From Pecten maximus (Eukaryota), in contig NC_047019.1 of the NCBI RefSeq assembly GCF_902652985.1, forward strand, positions 6,200,001 through 6,264,000: a stretch of DNA of 64,000 bases, read 5' to 3'. Shown here piece after piece: positions 1-13,600 of the stretch; position 1 is the first letter of the stretch; every line of letters starts with the position of its first letter. The position numbers were made by a program, and so were the translations under genes. The notes under the pieces are model-generated. The model was not told the origin of the DNA, made no database searches, and was given only the letters and a program-made list of their open reading frames with translations.

Positions 1-83
1 AAAGATTGGTATGGATACACTAGAAACAGTACAGAGAATAGAATAAGATGTTCCGGGAGAGTTAGCGTCTTTCTTTAAGGACA

Positions 84-301
84 TTTGGTTTGGTTTGTTT
101 TTGCTTAACGTCCTATTTACAGCCATGGTCATTTAAGGACGTGCCAGGTTTTGGAGGTGGAGGAAAGCCGGAGTACCCGGAGAGAAACCACCGGCCTACG
201 GTCAGTACCTGGCAACTGCCCCACGTAGGTTTCGAATTCCAGAGGTGGAGGGCTAGTGTTAAAGTGTCGGGACACCTTAACCACTCGGCCACCTCGGCCC
301 C
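84..301 (-). mobile_element. Full-length tRNA-derived SINE with V-SINE-like core (family A)
   Basis: On the minus strand: A box TGGCCGAGTGG, B-box-like GAATTCGAAAC, core GGTTTCTCTCCGGGTACTCCGGCTTTCCTCC, tail ...GGCTGTAAATAGGACGTTAA(CAAAC)n. TSD tc(t/c)ttaaggaca at 72-83 and 302-313. Second copy at ~61.8 kb. Confidence 0.88.
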
Positions 302-2267
302 TCCTTAAGGACAATGTTCGCGACTGTGCAATAGTACGTCTTAAGGAAGACAAATGTTTATATTGATATTTGTCTGAGTAAAATGACTTTATACGGCAGG
401 CAAAGTGTATTTGTGTAATCATATGAATTTTTCGCATGGTAAAAAGACTATTTCGTCGAGTTTATTTCTTTACAGAATAAACTTATGAGCACTAGCCAGC
501 TTTTACAGCATCTTCCGAATTTAAAGATAGCTTCTCCAGACAAAATTATCTTCTCTGCACTCTTAGACTATGCAATGATAAATATAAAGGCGTGCAGCAT
601 AAAAGTACAATTGGATGTTTTCAATTTGGATATTGTGCACCTAGAGTAGGACAGGAAATGGGATATAGCTTAAAATTTGAGACATATGTTTATACATTTG
701 TATATATATATATATTTTTTTTCTTCATTTTTTTCTTTTTATTATTAATATTTTACGGATTCAATCTAAGCCGTTTCTGTTGTTTTTAACGCTTGTTTAT
801 CAAGTTCTTGTATCAAACAGTTTAAGAAACTGCTTTCAATAGGTTTTTATCGTCAACAGCTTTGCCAACTGTCAGCGGTATATTGGTATAGAAGCATAGA
901 TATGGCTTTTACAAGACAGGGGGGGGGAAGAAGAAACCATGAATGCCGATTTATCGCTAATTCTTCTATAATACCTCGTTCAAAACGCAATTCCTTAACT
1001 TAATATTTACAAATTGAAATAGATTCAAAATAAATTTATTTGATAAGTATAGCCTATAAAATGAAACCAATTCACAACATACCACTTAAAAGAACATTTA
1101 TGTGTCAAAACGAAAAATGTATACTACGTATAATGGATGTTTGGAAATGATTCGCAACCATGTATATGATATAACATATCAGAATGTATCTTAAAACACA
1201 GACGGTCTTTTAAGATAACGTGTTGGTACAAATTGCTTTCAGATCAAACATTCATAAGACTCCTGTCGGTTTGCTCGATTGCCCCCACACCCTGAACTTC
1301 AGAAAGAGTTTTTTTATTGAGTGTGTCTGCCCTGTTGATCTCGTTGAAGCACTTGACTGGATATATGGCTCCTTGAGAACCCTCTGTGACCCCTTTTCAA
1401 TGACGGTACGTTAGAGACTTGTATGGGCCTTAATTAATTACAAGTGGGCATTGTAACTGCATCAACGTTGTATCGGGGGTCTTCCGCCATCGAAAATTGG
1501 CGAAATTGGAAGTTAAGGACAGGAACAAGTGGTGATGAATGGCATATACAATACACACAAATTTAATAAATATAACTACACCAAATTATTTAACTGGAAT
1601 ATTTACCGTAACCATGACAACAACCACACTGCGTTGCAAAGCATTATAAAGCACCAGAATATTGTGTTGAACAAACTCAAATAAGACAAAAAATGTCACA
1701 TTGCGTGAAACAGGAAGCATAGAGGGCGTTTATTGGGACATATCACGTCACTTAATTCCTTAACTGATTTTTTTTTAATTTAGAAAGTATGATTTAATCC
1801 TAGAACAAATATTTAGTAATAAAGCTTTTCCTTAAGATCTAAAAGTTCCGAAATATGCTTTTTATAGCTAGACTATGACTGTATATACATGTAATATAAA
1901 GTTTGTTCCCTAAAAGCTGGAATCTAATGAAATTAACCAAAGCTTTTGTTTTGTCTGCATAACCTGATGGTCAGCTTTAGATAGGCCAACTGGATTACTC
2001 ACACCTAGATACACTACCTTGAACGGTTATAAATAGCCAATACTTGGCAATAGCGTTGTTGTTTGTTTGTTTGTTGTTGTTGTTGTTTTTTTTTTTTTTT
2101 CAGACATCCAATCAACCAATCACTCGTCATTGAGCCACAAGAGAAAGCCAAATTTAATTAAATGGTAATCAGAAATTCAATCATCAACTCTTCTATATTT
2201 GCCTTACCGCTCTGGTACCTAAAAAAGCATCCAGAAGAAACTACAGCTCCTATGATTATGTCATTGA

Positions 2268-2350
2268 CCCTTTCACCCCTATTGACCATATTGGACTTCA
2301 AATAATAAATGAATGGCAGAGTCGACTAAAGTTTCTTAGGGTTGAAAGGG
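2268..2350. mobile_element. piggyBac-like mini-MITE
   Basis: TIR ccctttcaccccta / tagggttgaaaggg (1 mismatch), flanked by ttga and ttaa. Confidence 0.7.
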
Positions 2351-5300
2351 TTAAAACATATCTAATTAGTAAGTATAATGTACGGTTGTACTACATATGT
2401 TCGGTTAAGTTATACTTTTGAAAGTCAGCGTCCGATGACAGTATATAATAATTTTATTGGTCTAGAAAGGGAAACTATATCTTAAACAAAACTAGAGTGC
2501 TGAACAAACGTAAATAATGACAGAGCACTTCTACTGACGAACAAAATAGTAATTCTGAGATAAGCCTTCGCCACAATTGTCATAAACACCAGTCTCAATA
2601 CGATTAGTTATTTTGCTGTTTCAACAAGGTGCTTCGCTCAAGATTGATTACATTGGCATACCCTATCTAGCAACGCTGTTTGATGCAACATCATCTCGCT
2701 TTCAAATAAAAAGAATTAAAAATAAACTGCACATACAGAATCCGACCTGCTACTATCAGTTTGTCGACCAGGGTTTCCGCTAATGTTAAATAATTAGTGT
2801 TGCAAGTCTCCACAAGGAAACAAGCAGCCAGCAATTTTGCAAAGCTTGAAGATTGACGAGAAAGCAAATACGGCTCTTCCTTACAATTAAAGGCGAGTAG
2901 TGTTGCAGCATGTAATTGTCGGCGCTAAGGAGCTTTGTCTATTTAATTACACAAACACGATGTGTCTTCATTAAGTGCTGCACAAAATCAATAATATGAC
3001 TGGAACAAGTAGGCTTATACATTTCAAATTAATCAAAGGCTTGAAGCAATACCTCAGAATTATAGTAAATGCAATTACGTGTTGAAATTTGATGCAATAC
3101 GTTGTAAAAAGACAATCCCCATAAGGAAGATGTTATGATGTAACGGTATTGGTAATCTTGAAAGACGAGATTATCTTTAAGGTGATAATACATAGTAATA
3201 AGACAAGCATTTGACTATTTGAAGATGGTATTTCTCCAATATGACGCAGATATGTCCATCATTAAGAACTGTTATTTGTAATGTTAATGATGACGTAATT
3301 TTGTAATTTGTAAAGGTTTATTTTTTCGCGGATTATTCTCATTTCATTTATTTCATCAATATTAAAGAGTTCAAATTATACAATAGCCAGTGCAATTAAT
3401 ATGACAAGATACCTTCTATGATTAAACATTCAACAATTAGTTACAAAAGATACACATAATTAGTTAATTAAAACTTAAGTTAATAGCACAAGCATCCCTT
3501 GTTTATTTTTCCATGTACAAGCAATGCAAGTGTAATTATGATATTATCTTTGATATAGATTGATCAACAAGTTGTTGGGGTTTGGTTTTTTTTGTTGTTT
3601 TTTTGTATTTTTGTTGGGTTTTTTTTTTTTTCTTTTTGTAATGCATGGATGAAATTGTCATCAAAGAATGTAAAAGCACACTTATATTTCAAAATTGTAT
3701 TTATAACACAATATATATTGTCTCCGGGTCTTTGTTCAATTTTTGTACAATGGAGTACGATGTATGTTAGGTCGTTATATATGAACTATCACAATGACAA
3801 TTCATTTTTAGCCGACACGCAGCCTTACGTCATCGTATCCCCTTGATCAGGAAATTTCAACTCAAGAAAATTTTGAGGGAAATGTCATGATGAAAAAGCA
3901 AAATAATTGTAAACCCTGAATCATTTCTTATTCTACCATGTACTGCTTTACTCACCGACGAAAATATTTATACTACTTCAGATCAAGATTAAGAATGATA
4001 TAAGTCTCCTTTAGTACACTACAGAAAAATAGCACGTTAGGCTGTCGTTCATAAATACACATGTATATATGGCAGGTCTGAAAATCAGTTTAAGTAAAAA
4101 GAATACTCATTATCAACAATATCAAATTCCATGTTCAAAGAATCTAGGAAAGTGGGGAATTTCCCATCTCATGAAATCTCTTGAATATTAGACTTGGAAT
4201 GCGCGATGGAAATTATGTAATTTTTAGGTAGTTAAACGGGTGGTCAAGAAGGAAATAGGCAGCTATTGTTATTTGTATATAGGTAATATTATTACTTACT
4301 ATAATACAGGAAAACAACACGAACTGTGTTGTATTCAAATGCTTGTCTTCTTCATTTGACCTCTCGATCAGATACATACGTACTTTGAATCTTAGTGATG
4401 TACTTAGTATTGTAGTTTCACTTCGGAAGGCCTCTGGAAACATTATACAGTAGACAGAAACGGGTGCGATTCATAAAGCAAGCGAATTAATCAACAGAAA
4501 GACCACCATCTCTCGGTGCAGTTCATAAGAGAAAGTAACAGTATCTGCCTGTAATCGAATGTTGACATTTACAGATCTTTTGTAATACATAGCTTAATTG
4601 CGCTTAACGCGTTTCGTTACGGCTGTAATGCTAAGTACCGCATTTCCTTTGAGAAAATTAGCCGTAACCATATACATACGTCGGAAAGTAAACGAAGATT
4701 TAGAGCACAACTCTTCTCACATCACATGTTACTGAAATAGATTTAACCTAATCACCCACCACCGCTTCACAAATTAAACAAACTACGTCGTCCTAATTCA
4801 TATCAATTTTAAGGACTAAAACCTGGATCTATTTTTGAACTTTTTTCTGTAAGAACTCAACATGTCTGTTAGTTTACCTGTTTTTATTAAAGTTTATAGG
4901 TGAGAGAGATCGTTTTCTTCCAAATGTTTACACGGACTGGTAGCCATTAAGTGCTACAGACGCTTGTCAGGCTGCTGTAATGCGGCACTAAGTAATCTAT
5001 ATCACATAGACGCTCTGGTCATGCGTGTGTTTGTTTGGGCTGTCAAATACACTAAGTCTTGGACATTGTACAAACAACATCAGTGTTCGCCTAGAAATCC
5101 TACAAATTATCCCAGAATGTCGTAGACTTAGAATTTTAAGTATCCATGGCGACTATTTTTCTAGGATTTCCAAAAACGAACATTTTATGTCCATGGAATA
5201 CACTAAAATCAATCAATTTGTCTGAGTGGAAATGTTTCTCTAAGCTCAGACATAATATGTGTCCTGCAGGGAGTGCTGTCCGTCGTTACGTATTTAAATA

Positions 5301-5928
5301 CGGACAGAAGTACACAGACAATTAGAGAGACACTGACGTCATCGTAACTCTACGTCAGTAACCTGACTCCAGTAATAGTGATGTACTTATACTTTAGATG
5401 TATTTAAGAAATGACAAATGTCAACTCCCATGTGAATTGGATCACGGGTAGAGAACGGAGTCATTGATAAAATATTTCATTTCATTTATCAAATTAATCA
5501 CAATTTTACGACATGTGCAATACTTATTGTGCTCCTACCAATTAATTCGTAATTATTTGTCTTTTTTTTTTCCTTCCTTTTTTTCCCTTGTCCCTTGAAA
5601 AATTATTGGTGTCCGAAATCCAAAGAATCGAGATTTCCTTTTTTTCTTTTGTTGAGAGGATTAATTCGAACAGGCATATAATACATAGAAAAGGGAAAAC
5701 AAATATTTAAAAACAAAAACAAAACAAAAAACAAAAAAGGCAAAACATACAGATCAAAAGCACTCAAAAACAAAACAAAGCCTACTTCGTGCAGACAGGC
5801 AACTTTCAGATTAAAAACACCCACGCATCTACATCAGCGACGAGCTTGATTCAAGGACACACCCATTAATATGTCACATACTTCTGACACAAGGATCGGT
5901 ATACATAGAAATCAAGCGTATCTCAGAC

Positions 5929-6064
5929 CACAGGCGCTTGCATAGAAAATGAGAATTTAAAAAAATGATATCAGTGGTATGTGTACTGTGGTGCTTAACA
6001 GATTACACATACCACTGTCAAATAAAAAAAATTGAAAATCACATTTTCTTTGCAAGCGCCTGTG
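5929..6064. mobile_element. MITE with 8-bp TSD (hAT/P-like)
   Basis: TIR cacaggcgcttgca.agaaaatg / cattttct.tgcaagcgcctgtg; TSD tctcagac at 5921-5928 and 6065-6072; internal inverted repeat cagtggtatgtgta / tacacataccactg. Confidence 0.88.
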
Positions 6065-7324
6065 TCTCAGACCAGTGGGATATACGATACAGGAGATCGG
6101 GTTCGGAAAATCATTGCTTCATGAGTTGATAACAATTGTATAAGAACAACGCGACGCAGTACAACTGCATTCTAACTATATTCCTCTATACGGTATACAA
6201 TGTATATTATAGATATATTGGGTGCCGTAGATCGTGAGTTCGGTCAGGGCACGAGTCAAAAAGTTGTCTTCCTTCGTCATTTGTGTTTCTAAGCTACATA
6301 TATATATATATATATATATACTAAAAGTATGTTCTTGGGGTTTGTTTTTGTTTTGTTTTGTGGTTGTTGTTTTTTTTTGTTTTTTTTGGGGGGGGGGGGG
6401 GGGGGGGGGTTGTAAACGAAATTTGTAATTTTTTGTGCTTTTTGCTGTAAAGAACTATAGCTGCGAACTAAATACTACAGATCCAGAAAATAAACACGAT
6501 TATGTCTGATATCTTGAAATGCTTCGCTAGCAAAACTCAGAAACCAGAAATAGTATGCTCTGTACTTAATAATGAGGAAATTGAGGGGAAAAAAAGAATA
6601 ATAATAACTATTCTACTCGCCATGACACCCTTGTATCATGCGTTTTTAAAGACAACCTTTAATTATTCGTAGTGTTGCTTTCCGTCTAGCCTCTTAAGTT
6701 GAAGTTAATTTCAGGGACATCGACCACAAAAAGATTACTTCACAGATGTAATTACTTTTGTTTGTAGTTTAACATCCCTTAACCAACTTCGGCCATCGCC
6801 GACTTGATTACATGATGACGCAAACGATTTTTTTCTTTTCTTCTCTATATCTTTTTTTTTTTTTTTTAGGGGGAGTGAAAATGTGTTGTAATTGTTTTCT
6901 TGACATCAAAATCCTATTTTCTCTTCTGTACTTGACAACCAGAGGAGCGAAACATGTGTTGTTACAAGAATTGGGGAGTTGATTGGTTCGTGTGACTTTG
7001 ACATGTTAATGGACGGCCAACCTTATTAGGGTTATCCGGGGCGGAAGTCTTCGGCAGATAAGCTTATCTGTTTGCATGAAAAGAGGAGGAAAAGATACAG
7101 AAAATATAAGAGCAATCGCAACACCAAGAGAGGACGGATATGAATGGTGAATGTTTTTACAATTCGGTTAAACAGAAGAAACGACAGACTCGACTGGCCA
7201 TTGATAAAGATAACTAATTCCTTGTATATTGTGTTGGGGAGGGGGGTTGTGACGTGTTTTCTAGCATGGATCTGTTTGTGGTTCATAGATGCACAAACTC
7301 GTATCAGCGTTCTATTGTAGGCCA

Positions 7325-7945
7325 GCAAGTATTGTGTTCTTTGTCACCAAGTGTTGTGTACTTTGTCAGTACATATTGTGATCTATGTCACCATGTATTG
7401 TAGACTGTGTCACCAAATGTTGTGCACTTTGTCAGTATATATTGTGATCTATGTCAGCATGCATTGTAGACTGTGTCACCAAATGTTGTGAACTTTGTCA
7501 GTACATATTGTGATCTATGTCAGCATGCATTGTAGACTGTGTCACCAAATGTTGTGAACTTTGTCAGTACATAGTGTGATCTATGTCAGCATGCATTGTA
7601 GACTGTGTCACAAAATGTTGTGAACTTTGTCAGTACATATTGTGATCTATGTCAGCATGCATTGTAGACTGTGTCACAAAATGTTGTGAACTTTGTCAGT
7701 ACATATTGTGATCTATGTCAGCATGCATTGAATATACTAAGACACCAAATGTTGTGAATTTTGCCAGCAGGAATTGTGTTCTATGTCAGCATATATGGTT
7801 TACTGTGTCACAAAATGCTGCGTACTTTGCTTGCATGTACTGTATACTGTGTCACCAAATGTTGTGCACTTATATTGTGATCTATGTCAGCATGTATTGT
7901 AGACTGTGTCACCAAATTCTGTACTTTGTATTGTGTTCTATGCAA
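7325..7945. repeat. Minisatellite, 66-bp higher-order unit of three 22-bp monomers, about 9 copies
   Basis: gtcaccaaatgttgtgaacttt / gtcagtacatattgtgatctat / gtcagcatgcattgtagactgt. Confidence 0.93.
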
Positions 7946-9572
7946 TCATGACTAGTTTGACTTATAAGATGTCAACTGAAGCATAAGCTCGATCGTGAAA
8001 TCCAGTGCAGGAACGATTATTATTATTATTGATTAACTACCGTTAAAATATGACCCAGGTTATCTAATGGTATATCTTATTAGTGAAAAACATCAGAAAG
8101 TTAGTTCCCAGCCATGTGATCATAGACTCTCCGGAGAAATAGGGAAAAAATGTCTGTACATTCGTTGCATGCACACAATTAAACAGACCTTGAGGAAATA
8201 GATAAACATGCCATAATCGTTAATGATGTATGTATATTCATGAGAGTAGCATGTGCCCAGAGACTACTTATATTATTAACCATTTCCGTGTCAAAGGTCA
8301 AGGACACTTTGCAGATAGAATAGCCTCGTCACTCACGCAAGTCTGTTCTCAAGGGCGCGGTTTTTTGTTTTTTTTTACTCTATAATCTTAGTCATAAAAT
8401 AATTGTACTGTAAATTTAGTTATTTATGATAATATGATATTTAATCAATAGTAACTACTAGAAAAAAATATTGTATTCTATAAATTGTCTTCAGTGCGAC
8501 AACGCTCTGAACTGGCTCTTCATATTGTAGTAAGGGTGTAATGGACAGGACACAAAACAATGGTGGACACACTTTGTGTAGAGAAAGTCAATTGGGGAAT
8601 GTTTCCAAGGATTCCGTGGTGTTACGATATCCGGGACGGAAATTCTCATGCCCGGATCGTATAACAACAAACTCACAAGCATGGATGACTAGAGAGCCGA
8701 TCAAATGGAGCAGGCACGAACAAGAAAATATTGATATCAAGATAACTGTAGCTTTTATTTGAGTATACCGCTACTCCGGTACGATTCCAAAAACAATACC
8801 GATTATCCAACAACATTTATTAGTAATATCAAATCGATCATGTAGATTGATATAGGAGGCCCAGTACAAACATAATGTAAATATAGTACAACATCAGGTT
8901 AAGATTGTCCATAGGAAAGCATTTTGGGGGTTAAAGGGAACGTTGTTAAGCTTCCTTAAAGGATATTCTGTTTTTGTTTGTGGGTTTTTTGTTTGTTTTT
9001 TTTTGTTTTTTTGTTTTTTTGTTGTTTTTTTTTGTTTTTTTTGTTGTTGTTTTTTTTTTTTTTTTTTTTTCAAATATATACATGCATGAAAAAAAATTAC
9101 AGAAAGGATTTCTTTAAAGCGACTATACTGTTAAAAATTACTAGGAGAAAATTATATAATACACGTGATATCTTCCAAGAGTTTGTTACAAAACTAACAC
9201 TTTCTATTTATAACAAAAATTAAAATTAACTGAAATAAATCTTGGTTCTTATCTGAAAAAAAAATAATGTAAATAGAGCGGTCTAGGTCTAATTCATACA
9301 TTACCGATTGTAACCCTTTCATCATATCTTCGTAAGAAAAACGAGATTTTTTTGATTTTTTTTTCCCAACGGAAGTAAATGACCTCGTTACGGGACGAAT
9401 CATATGAGCGATTCGGCTTTCTTCGCAATAAATCGAGAATGATCGTGTTTACAAGCAATACAGTTGAAGTGAATAATGTTTTAACCCCGAAAATATGAAC
9501 AAAAAAAAGCAAAGTTGACGGTATAGGTTTATGTATGGCTTTAATATGGGTATATTTGATCATCTATAGGCC

Positions 9573-9641
9573 TAGCCCGAGTTTCCTCTGGCCCTGGCAC
9601 CATGTCTGGTGTAAGGTCAGGGCCAGAGGAAACTCGGGCTA
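9573..9641. mobile_element. 69-bp mini-MITE with 24-bp perfect TIR and 9-bp TSD
   Basis: tagcccgagtttcctctggccctg / cagggccagaggaaactcgggcta; ctataggcc at 9564-9572 and 9642-9650. Confidence 0.88.
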
Positions 9642-10447
9642 CTATAGGCCGAACTCTCCGTTTTTGAGGGCGAAATCTAAGGTAATAGTTGCTTTAAGTT
9701 AAGGCATAATAATGAAACTATAGTATTGGGCCCGGAAACCCCCCGCCATCCCCGGTATATGACGATAATTAGGGTATGACTTATCGGTGGATTGTATATT
9801 TGTACCTAATTACCAACATGATTGATAAATGAAACAGGTATAATTATCTGCTTCACTTACAAATAAAATTTCCCCAGATAAAAAAAAAACAGTACAGTGA
9901 CCTTTTTTACTAAAGGTCAAAACTAATTTCTACAACCCCCGCTGTTTACTGAGTATCGTGAATGATTCTCGGTGGTATGTTGGAGATGTTTTACACGTTA
10001 AGCGCTAGGCACGCTGTGTTTTGCCACAGAACTAATTAAGATTTCAAAAACCTTATCAACGATCAATCTATGTTTTTGGCGTATGTTAAGTAAGCTATAT
10101 CGCTAATGGCCGGCCAAACTACCGAAGGCCTCGCATACCAAACGCACGAAGTCTTCGCGTGCGGTTGCCTTTGATAAAACTGTTAAGTTCATATTTACAC
10201 TATCCAAACGTCCCCTGTCGTGTTTCCAATATGATAAATGGATTTTCTATCTCTTCTAGACCTCGATGCACACAAACAATATTATCCTAGGATCCATACA
10301 ACAGACAACCCCATGGGATAAAAAAAAACAACGAAAAATCGAGATACACAAGTTTTATGTGTTTGTTCTCATAAATTGAGGTCATCATCACATCAACGTT
10401 TGTTCAAACACATACAACATTGTCTCACGACCTAGGCCCTAATTTAT

Positions 10448-10643
10448 ATGGGTGTCTTCGGCAGTATGCTTCAGTGAGGTAGCACTATAAATCGGCAAAA
10501 GTTCCGGCCTATCACAAGGAGACTTAACACGAACATACTGCAGCCTCCCAAAACCCACATACGCACTCGCCACACGCACGGGAGGCCATCCTAAAATGAC
10601 CCTGGCTGTTAATAGGACGTTAAACAAAATAAACCAAACAAAA
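10448..10643 (+). mobile_element. 5'-truncated SINE with Meta-like core and family-A tail
   Basis: cttcagtgaggtagcactataaa core (resembles the MetaSINE domain, from recall); tail aaatgaccctggctgttaataggacgttaaacaaaataaacc; TSD-like ccctaa(t/a)ttat at 10437-10447 and 10644-10654. Confidence 0.72.
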
Positions 10644-11127
10644 CCCTAAATTATTTCACAGTAACATATTGATGTCAACGTGTTGATTTTCAGAAAATGT
10701 TGTTCTTCACGCTGGACGGTACTTGGTATCCATATTCTTAAAACTATCTTTGGAATCAATCGCGCATGCGCATATCAATGTTCGAAAACACTTTAAAAGG
10801 GCAACGGCAGTGCTGTGGATTTGATTATATACACCAGTAAAATCTTCAATAGTTAAAAGTCTTGGAAAGCTGTATACTGTCACCACAGTCTTAATTAACT
10901 CGAACGTGAGCAAGTTCCTTAGACCGTATTAAATTTCTATAAAATGTACAACTACTTATGTACTTTTCATATGGAATTCGGAGTCTTAGTTTAAGTTTAA
11001 GTTTTGAGCTGAAAGATTCAATTTTCCAAACAGGACAAATCGGCTTTTCTTCTCCGCTAAAACCTATCATAGGATATTATATATAAACTTAATCCGCATA
11101 AATACAGAAGTATCCATGTTTAACATT

Positions 11128-11292
11128 GTATGTGGTCACCTGGCTGACCACTTGGGTTTTCCGCGGGTACTCGCGGTTTCCTTCCACAGCAAGACCCCTC
11201 GCGCGCTTCCATCCGGGCCAACAAACGTGATTAATTAATATCAGGTGATATAACTTGTTTCGCAATGGTTGCAATATAAATAAAGTTTACAT
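11128..11292 (+). mobile_element. 5'-truncated SINE family B copy
   Basis: Core gggttttccgcgggtactcgcggtttccttccaca and homology to 40684-40923. Confidence 0.78.
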
Positions 11293-12842
11293 TTAACATC
11301 GCCGGTAGGTGTCGCCCGGTAGACCACCACGTAATGAGGTAGTTTATACGGCAAACGAGAAAGAAATATACATCGAACAATGTACCATTGTTTCATTGAT
11401 AGAAACAGGGGATGACCTGTATCATGGCTTATTTTGCAAACACCTATTGTTCTTTCGGTCAAAACAAAACTCCCATTCTATAAGAAGATATGACGTCATC
11501 GTCACGCTGTATATGATATGCCTTTAATATTACATGTCATGAAAATTGTAATTGACAAATTCCGGATAGTTGTTTATCATATAAAAACAAGGAAATGATG
11601 ACTAGGACGTTCATATCATCTTCGTAGAAGATTGGTTTGGACATTCTGAATTCCTCGGAAACCTTTGTTGAAGTGTGGTAGTATCTTCAAGTGTTTAACT
11701 TGTATACAAATCATTGGAATCAGCGTTGGCGAATGCATGTTTTCACAGCTGGAGTGCAAATGGAATTATCAGCAAGGAACAGCTCCTTTCTTAATGTTAC
11801 ACTGCAGTTCGGCAAGCTTAGCTGCTGTTCTAAACCTTGGCAAAATTTGTAATGCCGACAGCCCTCTATCTTCCCAATACTTGTGAGGTAGAGTTTGATT
11901 GACAGTGATAGAGTTACGTTACATTGTACAACTGTAAATTAAGTCTCATTACTTGGCATGGTGTATGTAAAATACGGATCGTATACACGAAACGCAATTA
12001 TTAGAGGATAGATGACATTTTGGTGTAATTCCGAAAATATCGCCATGGCCGTAATATGTGATGTTGTTAGGGGCAGCAAACGTCATTTGTGATGGAGACA
12101 ACTTTGGGACTATTGATTAAGTCTCGTTGAAAGATCGCGCCGTAAAAGAAACATGACGTCACAGCGAGAAAGGCAACCTGAACAAGTTTGTCACAGCAGG
12201 ATAGGTAGCTTGTTTCGTAATATTCATATAACCAGAACAAATAGAAGAAGAAAAAATGTTGTCTGACATGCCAGTGTAACTGAAACAGACCATAACTTGT
12301 AATTCAATCGCATTGCCAAGAGAATATGGACACGGATCAATAGCGAGTAGCTCTACAACTTCAATGTGTTTTGTGAAACACAACTGTATTTTACGTACGG
12401 CTCCGAGGATTCCGGGTAGTTATTCTCCGGAATGCCTCGTACGTTTACATACCCCTGTTTTAGGCCTGAATTATCGGTTAGGCCTCAGAAAGATACAAAC
12501 GAATATTCCTATTGTCGTTGCTATTCTTTCTGATAGTATCGCCACATACAACGCCGCTTGATTTCACAACACCCAACAAGCATGTAGTGCTTCTTTCTGA
12601 AGTATGGTGTTGAAGACAATGGTCAAATTTGCGTTGTCAAAGTAACCAAAGCTTTGATTTATGTTGATGTTGATTTCAGAACAGCAGATGAATATAGATT
12701 CGCGAAGGTCGCGAATTGCGTGGCGAGTACGTGCCGGACCACTGAAGAAAAAAATTGCTGGCCCATTTTTTTGATTATTGTCTTTTCCCCGCGAACTTTA
12801 AAAAAAAAAACTTTCTTTTAAACCTACGTCATATACCATAAC

Positions 12843-12883
12843 ATCAGAGATCTATATACTAACTAGTTATATAAGTCTCTGAT
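12843..12883. repeat. Short imperfect palindrome
   Basis: atcagagatctatatactaactagttatataagtctctgat. Confidence 0.6.
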
Positions 12884-13600
12884 AAAATCAAGTGTAAATT
12901 TCGGGACGGAGTGAAAATATATCATTTTACGATATGTGGGAGATAGTGTTACTATATATTACGAATTCATTGCGAAACGAAATGCTTTCAGTAACGACCA
13001 ATATATTTCTCACAAACTTAACTAACAACGATAATGACTAATAGTCTAACAATGTCTACTACAAGAAGTATCGACATTTTCATACTTGTAATTGTCTTCT
13101 TTGCCCAATGTGTTACACTATTTATTTCGAGAAAATGATAAAAGGCCCAAGAGACCTGTAATTCTTATCTTCCACTTGTGTCGTTTGGTTAGAAATGGCA
13201 CCACTTCGACTACAACGGCCGCCATTATCGCTTACAGCATCCGCCGACCAGAAGTAATACACGATATGGACACGACCAGCGATATTTTTATATTCCTGTG
13301 AGAATTATAAGAATATAAAAGGATACTGCTGTGACATAGAGTAAGGATATGGGATTAGCTTCTTAATCGATTAAATAAGGACGCGTATTGCTACAAAGAA
13401 CAAAAATATGACATCACGATTGACCAAATACATTTTGAAACTGACACTCACGTGACCGGGGAACATACAATGACCCGGATGTCAGGCAAAGGGCCCAGTT
13501 ATATAATCGAATTCGTAAAGGCCTTATATATATTCCACATGTGTTCGATAAGCTGCCATATTAAATTACAGTTTACCGATAAAAACACGGGAATTATTAA

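Noticed and set aside
84-301. tRNA gene
   Set aside because: A/B boxes are followed by a SINE core, tail and TSD; it is a tRNA-derived SINE, as is 40684-40923.
11590-12750. Coding-like composition, possibly a decayed gene or transposase
   Set aside because: The frames I translated are interrupted by stops and I recognise no motif; a translated homology search would be needed.
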